From Octopus vulgaris (taxonomy: Eukaryota): 64,000 nt of DNA. The stretch covers positions 37,758,001-37,822,000 of the forward strand of contig OX597837.1 in NCBI GenBank assembly GCA_951406725.2, written 5' to 3'. Of this stretch, positions 11,563 through 23,539 are shown in pieces. The notes beneath the pieces were generated by a model. The model did not search any database. It was not told the origin of the DNA and was given only the letters and a program-made list of their open reading frames with translations. The translations under genes and the position numbers were made by a program. How positions within the stretch are numbered: the first letter of the stretch is position 1; each line of letters opens with the position of its first letter.

Positions 11563-11795
11563 AAGGTGGCGAGCTGGCAGAAACGTTAGCACACCGGGTG
11601 AAATGCTTTGCGGTATTTCGTCTGCTGTTACGTTCCGAGTTCAAATTCCACCGAGGTCGACTTTGCCTTTCATCCTTTCGGGGTCGATTAAATAAGTACC
11701 AGTTACGCACTGATGTCGATGTGATCAACTTAATCCCTTTGTCTGTCCTTGTTTGTCCCCTCTATGTTTAGCCCCTTGTGGGCAATAAAGAAATA
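11563..11795 (+). mobile_element. SINE family B
   Basis: Matches the family B consensus; inserted in an RTE-tail repeat. Confidence 0.85.
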
Positions 11796-12561
11796 AGAAA
11801 CCATGTCAACGAAGACGTTGGAACACAACGTAACCCTGAGGCTTGCCGGATCCTGTGAAACCATCCAACCCATGCCAGCATGGAAAATGGAGATGAAATA
11901 ATGAAGAAGAATAACAGCCGATATAAATATAAGTTGTTTGGTTGGTTGATTTCTTCGGTTATATTTTACATCACATACTGAGGCGGTGGGAGGGGGCGAG
12001 AGAGAGTAAGGGAGAGAGAGAGAAAGATAGAGAGATTTAACATAAAACGTGTGAGGTGAGTGCATATACTAGGCTTGGTGTCAGGCAATGAGTAAGAAAA
12101 TAGAAGATGGAGAGTAAATGACAGACAGCAGTTATGAGGAAGAGCTCAGATTGCACAGAAATAGGTTTTTGATGAAGTTGATTGTGATTATTTTGATAGA
12201 ATTTAGCAAAAAAAAAAAAAAAAGGTAGCATATTTAATTGAAAATATACAAACGAGCAATTTGTTTTATTTAAGATTTTATTTTAAGGTATTACCTTTTA
12301 CCTGTTACTTGTTTCGGTTATTGAACTGCGACCATGCTGGGGCACCATCTTGGGGTGTTTTAGTTGAACGAATTGACTCTGGAACTTATTAGTTATTTGG
12401 TAGTCTGGTGCTTATTTTATCAGTATATTTTACTGAACTGCTATGCGAGAGACATAAACGAACCAACACTAGTTGTCAAGCAGTGAAAGAGGTCAAACAC
12501 AAACACATATATATTTATATATACATACATATACACACACTGACATATACATATATATGTG

Positions 12562-12770
12562 TATATATAAAAATACAAAATGGGACAAGAACGCAAAACA
12601 CTCAAAAAAGATGACACAAAAAAACGGACGGGTCATTCGAAGCCTCTAATCTTTAGTCAAGAACCGGATCATCCTCGCAATTTCCTTGACTGAAGATTAG
12701 AGGCTTCGAATGACCCGTCCGTTTTTTTGAGTGTTTTGCGTTCTTGTCCCAATTTGTATTTTTATATATA
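12562..12770. repeat. Long inverted repeat (fold-back), arms about 85-100 bp, spacer about 24 bp
   Basis: aaaatacaaaatgggacaagaacgcaaaacactcaaaaaa..cggacgggtcattcgaagcctctaatctttagtcaag is mirrored by cttgactgaagattagaggcttcgaatgacccgtccg..ttcttgtcccaatttgtattttt. Confidence 0.9.
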
Positions 12771-12820
12771 TTTTTTATACATCTATTATTGCGGCGTAAC
12801 GTATACCTTGTTCTCTTATG

Positions 12821-12858
<38 letters not shown>

Positions 12859-13342
12859 ATTTCTTTCAGTTTCCATCTATTGAATGCACCCACAAGGCTT
12901 TCGTTGGTTTCGATCTAAAATAAAATACACTTGTCAAAGAAGCTACACTGGGACTGAACCCAGAACCATGTGGTTGGGAAGCAAACCTCTTACCATACAG
13001 CCATACCTATATCAAATTTTTTAATACAGTGCCCAAAACTCTAGTTTTGTTATAAACAGATATGATTCTCGCCTCTTCTAAGCAGTTATCTTAAAATGCA
13101 ACTGATGTGACAGACATTCACACTTGCTACCATTTTGTTTGTCTCTCATACATACCCACCCAGTTGGAGACAAACCAAAACATATACACACAACAAAATT
13201 ATACATTATACTTTAATTTTATGTACACATGACAACTGTGTGGTTAAGGTGTTGTCTTTGTAACAACATGGTCCTGGGTTCAGCTCCTCTGCACAGCACC
13301 TTGTGCAAGTGTCTTCTTCTATAGTCTGGGGCCAACCAAAAT

Positions 13343-13520
13343 GACGTGTTAGCCACATCATAGCATTAAATATGACGTTAGCTACATCATAACATTAAAT
13401 GTGATATTAGGTACATCATAACATTAAATGTGATGTTAGCTACATCATAACTTTGCTAAGTGTGACATTTTAGCTATATCATAACATGAAGTGTGACATC
13501 TTTACTACATCATAAAAGTA
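13343..13520. repeat. ~29-bp minisatellite, about 6 copies
   Basis: Unit approximately tgacgttagctacatcataacattaaatg. Confidence 0.8.
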
Positions 13521-13689
13521 ACATTGCCAATTAAAAATATTTATCATTGTTGATTAGATTGCATATATTACTCTAGATGGAGGGGCCTCGATCAAGGTTC
13601 ATTAACTCTTTAGCATTTAAACAGGCCATACCTTAAAGTAAATTAAATTATGTTAATGGTTACTCAAAATTCATTCTCACTGCATTGTA

Positions 13690-14930
13690 TGAAAGTACAT
13701 TTTTATGCGTGTAGGCATCTCACGAGTCATTCAGAAATTCTATTAATGATCTACTTGTTAGTCAACAGAATAGACAGGGATTCCTCGGAGCAGAGACGAT
13801 ATCTGCTGGAAATTATATTGTATGGTTTCGCATACCTTACAATGGACCAATTTATGCTGTGCTTCATTTTATCCTCCTTAAGTTGCCATACAAAATCTGC
13901 CAAACATGTAGAATGTCTCTTATTGATTGTCTTAAAGCTGGAAACATGGTTATGATAACAATTCTTAAATGCATCAGCTGTCTGCCCAATGTAAACATAC
14001 AGCCCTTCCCTTGTGTGCACAGTACATTTATATGCAAGATTTGTACTCATACAGAGATACATCAAAGGACATTTTGATTTTTCTCTGCATGAGCATAGTA
14101 TTTATTTGTATATAAGGCAGTCCCGACTATTTACCAGTATTGTTATGATGTTAGCTGTATCTTAAGTATTTCTTCTACTACAAATTGGTCATAATTGGTG
14201 TTTATCATTGTGGTTTACATCTCCTTGTTAGTATTTAGATGTTTGCAAGATCCAGTAGGTGGGTTATTGAACCTTTGCTGCATTTTGCTATTGTTTATGT
14301 GATGCATAAGCTGCTCTAAATTAGCAGATTTGGCGTAGGATGTGTGTTGATTAAAAAAAGTATGATATTGATTAGATTTAGGAAAACACTTGTCCAAAGC
14401 AGCAAAAAATTTTTCAGTGATCTTGGTTGAAACATGCGAACTGAAAATCAGGTTGAACCAGAGAACATCTTGATTCTTCTATCTGTTGTTGGAGGCACAT
14501 GGCCTAGTGGTTAGAGCAGTGGACTCGTGATCAAGGGATTGTGAGTTTGAATCTCAGACTGGGCAATGTTTGTGTTTATGAGCGAAACACCTATGGTCCG
14601 GCCGAAGGTAATGGCAAACTTCTGCTGACTCTTTCGCCACAACTTTCTCTCACTCTTTCCTCCTGCATCTTGCAGCTCACCTGCGACAGACCGGCGTCCC
14701 ATCCATGTGGGGAATTTATACGCTAAGGAAACCAGCCCTAATGAGCTAGGCATGGCTCGAGAAGGAACAAACAATATCTGTTGTTAGGCTTATTTAATCA
14801 AGTGTGTTGTACAGGATTGGAACAGGATTGGATTATTATGTCATGTGTGTCTCTGAGTTTTCGTTGGTAGTTCATTGATATGACCAATTCTTCTGGCCTA
14901 TATTCTTTATCTAAGTGATTTCTCAAAGTG
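13690..14930 (-). mobile_element. Penelope-like element remnant (RT C-terminal region and GIY-YIG endonuclease), pseudogenised
   Basis: ORF 13751-14065 YKCTV..YIGQT..FKNCYHNH..FK..STCL..VWQLK..INWSIV..C.EE has GIY-YIG motifs. The upstream ORF DKCFPKSNQYHTFFN matches the PLE RT-endonuclease linker. Stops, frameshifts and a SINE insertion are present. Confidence 0.85.
14491..14774 (+). mobile_element. tRNA-derived SINE family C with 11-bp TSD
   Basis: Head ggaggcacatggcctagtggttagagc. TATCTGTTGTT is duplicated at 14480-14490 and 14775-14785. Confidence 0.9.
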
Positions 14931-15396
14931 TGACGTCGTGGTGGTATACCTCTGGTATTTGAGTACTCTTTTTTTCCACCTTATTTCGCATTTATGTACA
15001 CACACAAAGGAGGTGCTGAAAAGTTCTGTATATACACATATACACAGATACTTATGTTTTGAGTTCTATTTTCCTGTTTGTGTCATCAAACCAATTTAAT
15101 ATGTAGCATTTATATATTTTCTGTCATACAAGATGACTTAGCATGTCATGTGAGCATTCAAACATTATGGCTATCTTTCCAAACTTGGCAGCATCTCACA
15201 TGGAATTGTTAGCCTTCCAAAGTTGCATTGGTGTATAAATCAATCTACTTCTTTTTGGTTGTAAATTTTGATCTGAAAAATTCCACTTGACTGCCAGAGA
15301 ATATGGCTATACAGGTTTAACATTAGTTTTAGAAATTTTATTTTTTCATCTTCATATCTTTCCTCATTCTTTCTTATTTTCTTTTTATGAGCATAA

Positions 15397-15552
15397 CCCT
15401 TTCGCTACCAACCCGGCTGAAACCAAACCTTAGTCACAATTTATGTTCCTAACACCAGCTTAATGATAACTAAATTATTTTACGAAACTCTTTGTTTAAA
15501 ATTAATTGAAAGAAACACAGAGCATCTCAACAGAAATGTGGTAACAAAAGGG
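15397..15552 (-). mobile_element. piggyBac-type MITE family 1, internally deleted
   Basis: CCCTTTCGCTACCA...TGGTAACAAAAGGG-TTAA; reverse complement of the 36736-36956 family. Confidence 0.75.
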
Positions 15553-16336
15553 TTAATCTTTTTCACTCAGTGGAATTTCCACAGGTCCCGTTAGTATTGA
15601 TGTTAGTATTGTGTATGTTTGTGTCTGTATTTGCCCCCCACCCCCAACATTGCTTGACAACCGATGCTGGTGTATTTATGTCCCCATAACTTAGTGGTTT
15701 GGCGAAAGATACCAATAGAATAAGTACTAGGCTTACAAAGAATAAGTCCTGGGATTGATTTGTTCAACTAAAGGCGGTGCTCCAGCATGGCCGCAGTCAA
15801 ATGACTGAAAAGAGTAAAAGAATAAGCTTAAATAATAAACCATGAAAGGTGAACTGCGTTATGGTGAGTTATCGCTGTAGTTTTGTATTGGAAAAATAGA
15901 GAACTTAATCATGGAACACAGAAGGATTGTATTATTTATATTTTTAACTAAGCAGCTACCGGTTTCAATTACTTTAAGACAGTCTAGTCATGCTGAAACA
16001 AAACAAATTAAATCAATCTGTCATAATATCAATTCTGGAAGTTCACAGGCGTGGTGCTGAATTTCGTGTCCTTGTACAAACAAAAGAAGGTTACAACATG
16101 TGATGCAAAACTGATAAGTCCATTACAACTCTTGAGTTTCAGCAGGTTACTGGACTGATCGAGACCAGAGAAACACACACAAAAAAATAAGCCAGTTAAT
16201 CCTTTAGCATTCAGATTACTCTCTCAAATATAAATGTTTATTCGCAATAGTTTGAATTTAAATTCACCATCAATTATTCATGTAGCTTTGATATATCAAT
16301 GATGTGATTGGTTGTTTGGGCCGTATATCTTTCTCT

Positions 16337-16710
16337 TTTCTCTTTTACTTGTTTCAGTCATTTGACTGCGGCCATGCTGGAGCACCGCCTTTTAGTCGAG
16401 CAAATTGACCCCAGGACTTATTCTTTGTAAGCCTAGAACTTATCCTATCGGTCTCTTTTGCCGAACCGCTAAGTAACGGGGACGTAAACACACCAGCATC
16501 GGTTGTCAAGCGATGTTGGGGAGACAAACACACACACATATATATATAAGACGGGCTTCTTTCAGTTTCCGTCTACCAAATCCACTCACAAGGCTTTGGT
16601 CGGCCCGAGGCTATAGTAGAAGACACTTGCCCAAGGTGCCACGCAGTGGGACTGAACCCGGAACTGTGTGGTTGGTAAGCAAGCTACTTACCACACAGCC
16701 ACTCCTGCGC
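16337..16710 (-). mobile_element. SINE family A, full length, nested in a family 2 MITE (16198-16740)
   Basis: Close to consensus with CpGs retained; MITE halves on both sides. Confidence 0.88.
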
Positions 16711-16788
16711 TTATCTGTCTGGTTTAAGTGCTAAAGGGTTAAAAACCAGTCATTTTAAAAGGAAAGAAGAAACTGCAGTAATACTTAC

Positions 16789-17092
16789 AATTAGCAGGAT
16801 TCATTTTGTGGGTGAGAATCAGTTGTGGATCTGCTCGCGGTGTCGATGAAGTGATTGTGGTGTACGTCTTAAGATGTACTGCTAGTATCAGATGTATGCA
16901 TGCCTGGCAAGCCCTTATCAGTTCTCCGTCCAGTTCTTATTTGACAGACTAGACGAGTAAGTGACAAGGAGTCATTAGCAAATAAACGCGTACACACAGA
17001 AACACTTCTTTTTCCCTTTGTCCGTGTTGCTTAGTCACATCTTCAGCGGGGGAAGCATTTCACCATCTTGGATGTCTTTCCTGTTTTTGAAT
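16789..17092 (-). ncRNA. Putative internal exon of the pri-mir-184 host transcript
   Basis: Minus-strand acceptor tttacttccag| (AG at 17094-17093) and donor ATT|gtaagt (GT at 16788-16787) bracket a unique 304-nt segment that contains the hairpin. Confidence 0.6.
16911..16969 (-). ncRNA. mir-184: pre-miR-184 hairpin; mature miR-184-3p at 16932-16911
   Basis: Minus strand reads CCTTGTCACTTACTCGTCTAGT-ctgtcaaataagaac-TGGACGGAGAACTGATAAGGGC. The 3' arm equals the conserved bilaterian miR-184. The arms pair with a 2-nt 3' overhang, and CNNC (CATC) lies 17 nt downstream. Confidence 0.97.
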
Positions 17093-17166
17093 CTGGAAGT
17101 AAATTGCATGAACTACACCTCACTCTCTCCAACTTTCTCACTCACATGCAACCCACCCTCTTGTGA

Positions 17167-17430
17167 AGGCACATGGCCTAGTGGTTAGAGCAGCGGACTC
17201 GCGGTTGAGGGATTGCGGGTTCGAATCTCAGACCAGGCCATGTGTGTGTTTATGAGCGAAACACTTAAGCTCCAGCAGAAGGTAATGGCCAACTTCTGCT
17301 GAATCTTTCCTCCTGCATCTTGCAGCTCACCTGCGACGGACTGGCGTCCCGTACAGGTGGGGAACCTATATGCCAAGGAAAACAGGAAACCAGCCCTTAT
17401 GAGCCAGGTGTGGCTCGAGAAGGAACAAAA
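17167..17430 (+). mobile_element. SINE family C with A-rich tail
   Basis: Same head and body as 14491-14774. Confidence 0.88.
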
Positions 17431-17546
17431 AAAAAAAAAAAACCCCCCACCCTCTATCTCTCTTTCCTCTTCTTTTCCAATTTGGATAACCATGAATTTC
17501 CTCAATTGCAAGACACCCATTTCTCTCCCTCTATCATACTTTAACT

Positions 17547-18190
17547 CAGGGGTTCTCAACCATTTTTTTTATTTGTTATCTATGGACCCCTTTGATTACT
17601 ATTTTCATCTGGTGGACCCCCTTAGCCATTGAATGTTGCAAAATTAGTTTTATAAAAACTTCTTCCAAAATCCCTATTCTGTTTGTCACACCATTCCATT
17701 GTGCAGGTTGAACTCACAAAGAATTGGCGTCCAGAAAAATCAAAAAAATTATAAGAAAATGTGTTGCCTCTTCGTGTCAAGAAAATCTGTGTTAATTAAT
17801 TATTTAATGCTTTAACTGTGAAATTTATTTTCAGGGCTGTTCTAGTAATGATGTTAAATATCTGCCAAAAATTAGAATTTGGTATTTTCTGCAAGTCACA
17901 ATGCATCAATAGACTGGACATATCTCAGAAACAAAAAACAGGTCTAAACATGACATTCCCCAACTAAAGATAGATTAGGTATATAAAGCTGCTTTCTGCA
18001 GTTAAGTATAAATGAAATCTTGAGTGGACGTATCTGATTTCTGCAGTAAAAAGGGCCAAAATAGTGACCACATGTTGATATAACTGTCAGTACTAAAAAA
18101 CTATATTGAAATCCTGGCTGCGTAGAGTGAAATATATTGAAATAATGTATATTAGGCTTTTAACTGCGAAATTAAATTCATGTAAATCAT
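17547..18190 (+). mobile_element. hAT/Charlie-like non-autonomous element fragment
   Basis: Begins CAGGGGTTCTCAACC..ATGGACCCC, a Charlie/MER5-type TIR. Related shorter copy near 32353-32565. Right boundary uncertain. Confidence 0.5.
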
Positions 18191-18220
18191 ATATGCACAC
18201 AAACACTCACAGAGTCATAC

Positions 18221-18293
<73 letters not shown>

Positions 18294-19679
18294 TAGGAAG
18301 AGTTAAGTTGTCCCAGCATTGTTGCAGTCCAATGATTAATGGAAGTAGAATATATACATATATATTTATACAGGCATACACACACACACACACATATAGA
18401 CAAACATATACATACACACACACACAATCATATACCTATACACACAAACATACACACACAAACATGCAAACATATACATACATACACACATAAGCATATA
18501 CATACACACATAAATATATACATACACAAACATATACATCCATACACACATAAGCATATACATATATACATACATACATAAGCATATATATACACAGACA
18601 TATACATACATACACACATAAACATATACATACACACAAACATGCAAACATATACATACACAAACATATACATACATACACACAAGCATATACATACATA
18701 CACACATAAACATATACAAACATATATACATGCATATATACAAATATAAAAGAAATTTTATTGTGTTTTTACATCAAACTCAACACTTTATTCTGAAATA
18801 AACAAAAAAACAAAATAAAAATACATCCATAAAATATTAATAATAAAAAAAAAATAAACTTCTTCCCCTACCAACATGGATAAAACGGATCGGATTTGTT
18901 AGAAAACAAGATATACCAAAAAAAAAAATGAAAAAAAAAAAAGTAGCGGAAACATAAATATTAAAAACAAAGCAAAAAAATCTTTTATTCAATTTACAAA
19001 GTGAAAAATATTCATTGCAACAAGGAACGGCCTGGAATGTTGCTATTGTTGTTGCTGTTTCATTTGATGGTATTCAACCATCTTATCAGAGAGGAAACAC
19101 AAGTCGAGTCTTAGAGAAAAAAAAAAAAAAAAGAAACAGACCCCCCCCCCCCAGTTACTAACACTCAAAGTATGAAAAATTATCACCAAATATGTTTCGT
19201 TGTTGTTGATGCCGTTGTCGACGTTTAATCTCAGCTCAGTCGTTATCAAGTAGACAGACCTATTATGATCAAAGTGATTCCGTCCCTGACCATCCACCTG
19301 ACTGATTCCAGACATTTGGTGCTTGCTCGTAGACTTTGGCACCATAAAGGACACCGCCATATTCCGTTTTAATGTCCCCTTTTTTAATCGTTTCAGTCCC
19401 TGGACTGCCGTCATGCTGGGGCACCACCTCGAAAGGGGTTTTAGTCGAACTAATCGACCCCCGTAACTTATTTCTTGTAAGTCTGGTACTTATTCTATTG
19501 ATCTCCTTTTGCCGAACTGCTAAGTTATGGCAAGGTAAACAAACCAACACCAGTTGTGAAGTGGTGGTGAGAGACAAACAATACAAATGCATGTACACAC
19601 ACACACAGACAATCAAATGTCCTTCCCAAGCCGTAGGCTCATGTAGCCAGTCTCCCAAATTCGGTGGCAACTATATTGA

Positions 19680-19902
19680 CCCCTTTCATTACTGTATTTA
19701 TTTTGAGATGCTCTGTGTTTCTTTCAATTAATTTTAAATATAACAAAGAATTTAGTAAAATAACTTAGTTATCATTCAGCTAGTGTTAGGAACATAAATT
19801 GTGACTAAGGTTTGGTGGAAGATTTTAATTCAAACCTTATGAAAACAAGACATTTGTACTACAGAGCCAGGACTGGTTTCAGCTGGGTTGGTATTAAAAG
19901 GG
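19680..19902 (+). mobile_element. piggyBac-type MITE family 1
   Basis: CCCTTTCATTAC...GGTATTAAAAGGG-TTAA; body matches 36736-36956. Confidence 0.8.
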
Positions 19903-20844
19903 TTAAAGTGTTGTATATATACATATACACACATATATATATATACACATATATGCATACTTACACACATACATACATACACACACACATACATATATGC
20001 ATACTTACACACATATATATATACATACACACATATATATATACACACATATATATACACACACATATATATACACACACATATATACACACATGTATAC
20101 ACACATGTATACACACATATATATACACACATATGTATACACACATATACACATATATACACACACACATACACACATATATGCACACACACATACACAC
20201 ATATATACACACACACACATACACACATATATACACACACACATACATATATAAATATATATATACACACATATATATTTATACACACACACATATATAT
20301 ATACATATATATACACACACATATATTTATACACACACACACACACAAATATATATATACACACACATATATATTATCATCATCATCGTTTAACGTCTGT
20401 TTTCCATAGGAGAGTATTAAGGCTGGTGATATAGAGTTAAGGCAGAACTGATCTAAATGAAAACCTTCCATCCTGGTTTCATGTCAATTAATGATGTCCC
20501 AATCCCCAGTTTAGTTAATGACAAAATTACTTAATTAAATTTTTATTATTAAAAAAATTAACCGAAATAATGCTGGAATATTTTTACAGAAATATTCTAA
20601 CAAACTGGTTAAAGTGACCTAACTGAAAATCTTCCACCAAAATTCCATGTTAATTTATGTTCCAAACACCGGCTTAACGGTGACTCACTAGCGTAGCTAG
20701 GCGGGGGCCGTAGGGGCAGTCTGTCCTGGGATGGCACTTTTAAAGGGTCTGCTGTATGCAATGTGGTTTTCTGGGGGCGGCAAATAGAAGAGCTGCCCTG
20801 GGCGGCATACACTAATTTATTTTACTAAATTCTGAATTATTTTT

Positions 20845-21074
20845 GAAACACACAAAAACCGTTAGATTCACTTCAACATTTAAATTTAATTTGTCAAAAT
20901 ATTTTCGTCACTTTGAGACCGCGACCTGTTCACTGACAAAACTCCATGCTGCATCACGGAGTTTTGATGTATCATGGAGTTTTGTCAGTGAACAGGTCGC
21001 GGTCTCAAAGCAACGAAAATATTTTGACAAATTAAATTGAAATGTTGAAGTGAATCTAACGGTTTTTGTGTTTC
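20845..21074. repeat. Near-perfect palindrome, arms about 100 bp
   Basis: cacaaaaaccgttagattcacttcaacatt..gagaccgcgacctgttcactgacaaaactccatg is mirrored by catggagttttgtcagtgaacaggtcgcggtctc..aatgttgaagtgaatctaacggtttttgtg. Confidence 0.92.
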
Positions 21075-21078
21075 TTAA

Positions 21079-21298
21079 CCCTTTAGTGTTCAGATCATTC
21101 TGTCAAATGTGATATTTGTTTATATATATTATTTTGAATTAATCCTGCATTATCTTCTAGTTTAGAGATTTCAGTGATGCTATCTTTTAGTTTTAGAACG
21201 ACATGGTAGGGCTGAGATGAAAGGTGAGATCTGGTCAGTTTCAATATATAACAGGTTAAATATTTTGGCCGGATATGGCCGGTTTGAATGCTAAAGGG
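21079..21298 (+). mobile_element. piggyBac-type MITE family 2, complete
   Basis: TTAA-CCCTTTAGTGTTCA...TGAATGCTAAAGGG-TTAA (TIR plus TTAA TSD). Confidence 0.85.
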
Positions 21299-21929
21299 TT
21301 AAATGGTTTATAAACACCTTCCAAGTTGCAATTGTTTTTGTTCCAGCACACCATCTCAGATCAGGTCACTTGCTATGCAAGTACATCTCCTTAATTATTT
21401 TCAAAATTTACTAAAACAAAGGTAATTTATTTCAACTGAAATATGCCAACAAAAAGATTAAAAAATGATTGGAGTTAAAACCTTCCTTCAAAATTTCTTG
21501 CTATGTTCCAAACACCAGCTTAATAGTAAGAATTGTTTCATACTAAATTCTTCATAATTTTCAAAACTGGTTGAAACGAAGGCAGCATATTTCAACAGAA
21601 ATATGGTAACAAGAGGGTTGATGCTAGTTTTTTTATGTAAACGGAACCACCCCATCGTACATCTTTTAACAGCATGCACTGGGACAGTTTCAAATCTGAA
21701 TGCCACCTCTGGGCATAGAAGCTCCCCTCCTGGGTTCCTAGAGATTTTATTTTAAATTGTTGTTAATTTATGATCCCAAAACTAGCTTAACAGTGACTAA
21801 TTTATTTTATTTTATTTTACTGGTGGTGGTCGTGGTGGGGGAGAGTAAATGGGAGTGGTAGCAATAGTAGTAATAACAGTGGTAGTGGTACAGAAATAGT
21901 AGTGTTAGTGGAGACAGTAGTCGCAGTGT

Positions 21930-22447
21930 CTGGGGTGGTGGTGGTGGTGATAATGATGATGATAGTAGCGCTGCTGATGATGTTGGTGATGATGATGATG
22001 GTGGTAATGATGATGCTTGTGGCGATGATAATGATGGTAATGTTGGTGATTGTGATGATGTTTGTATGATGATGGTGGTAATGTTTGTGAGGATGATGGT
22101 GGAAATGATGATGATGATGGTGGTGGTGGTGATGATGATAATGATGGTAATGTTGGTGATTGTAATGATGTTGGTGATGATGATGATGTTTGTATGATGA
22201 TGGTGGCAGTGATGATCATGATGGTGGTGGTGGTGATGATGATAATGATGGTAATTGTGATGATGTTGTTGATGTTTGTATGATGGCGGCAATGATGATG
22301 TTGATGATGCTGATGATGATGGTGACAATGAATGATGATGATGGTGGTGGCAGTGATGATGATGATGATGTGGTGGTGGTGGTGATGATGATGGTGGTGG
22401 TGGTGGTGGCGATGATGATGGTTGTGGTGGTGATGATGATGATGATG
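21930..22447. repeat. Compound (GAT/GGT)n trinucleotide repeat
   Basis: Low-complexity tract; source of the His-, Asp- and Ser-rich spurious ORFs. Confidence 0.9.
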
Positions 22448-23054
22448 CAGACAAGAAAGAAAGAGATGTGAAAAATGTTGATGAAGCGTGATTAAGTTGG
22501 TGTGAAGGGTGGAGCCAGGTGTAAACGAGGAGAACAAGGGGTGGGTGGGGGAGCAGTTGTCACCACCCACTGCAAACGTTTTGGGGTCCATTGTCGATCG
22601 GGTGGTGGTGGTGGTGGGGAAATGCGATCCTAGAGATGGGGAGGAGGCAAGGAATAAAAGAAGCGGTGGTGGTGGAGGGGCGGGGGAAGGTAGACATAAT
22701 GCGTGCGTGCATGCATGAGCAAGTGTGTGTGTGTGTGTGAGTTTATATGTATATGTATGGTGACAGAAAGAGAGAGAGAGAGAGAGAAAGACTTAGCTTT
22801 TTTTTGTTGTTTTTTTGAAAAAAAAAGATTATTTTTGTTTCAATAAATACAGTCTTTAGTAGAATAGGTTGTAGGTGTGTGTGTGTGTGTGTGTGTGTGT
22901 GCAAAAATAGGGTCCAGCTGGATTCTCTTGAAAGAAAATGAAAAGAAGTTTAATACCCGGGTGTTAACCGTACGTTCACTCTCATACTCCACCTTCTGAA
23001 ACTTTGATTCACATTTGGACACACAGACATATGTTAAAATAGAGTCAGACAGAT

Positions 23055-23099
<45 letters not shown>

Positions 23100-23539
23100 C
23101 AATGCACACACACACACACTTCATACATATCTACACACACACACACACATATATATATATATGCATATACATCATACATACATATACATATGTACATATC
23201 ATACATATGTGTGTGTGTGTATATATATATATACACAAACATATAAACATGTACATACCATACATACATAAATATATATACACACACATGCACATACATA
23301 TATACATAAAATGCATAGTGAAGTGGGTACAAGTGTATATACTTTGATAAAATGTTTATCATCCACTTCACTATTAAATTTTCAAGCAGCAGGCGCCCCT
23401 GAGTGTACCCACTTCAACTCCCAGTAACTCTTCTAACACACAAGCATGTGTGTGAAAGTGCAGGGTCTAGTTGTCATTTTGATTTTAAAATATCATGCAC
23501 ACCATATTTAATATGTATATGACACATATATATATTAAC

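Noticed and set aside
14491-14565. tRNA-like cloverleafs at SINE heads
   Set aside because: They continue into SINE bodies and lack acceptor-stem pairing; not tRNA genes.
19195-19235. miR-981-like CGTTGTCGACG
   Set aside because: Partial match; 5' and 3' ends differ and no convincing hairpin.
21807-22591. His-rich and Ser/Pro-rich ORFs
   Set aside because: Open in several frames on both strands; a trinucleotide repeat artefact.
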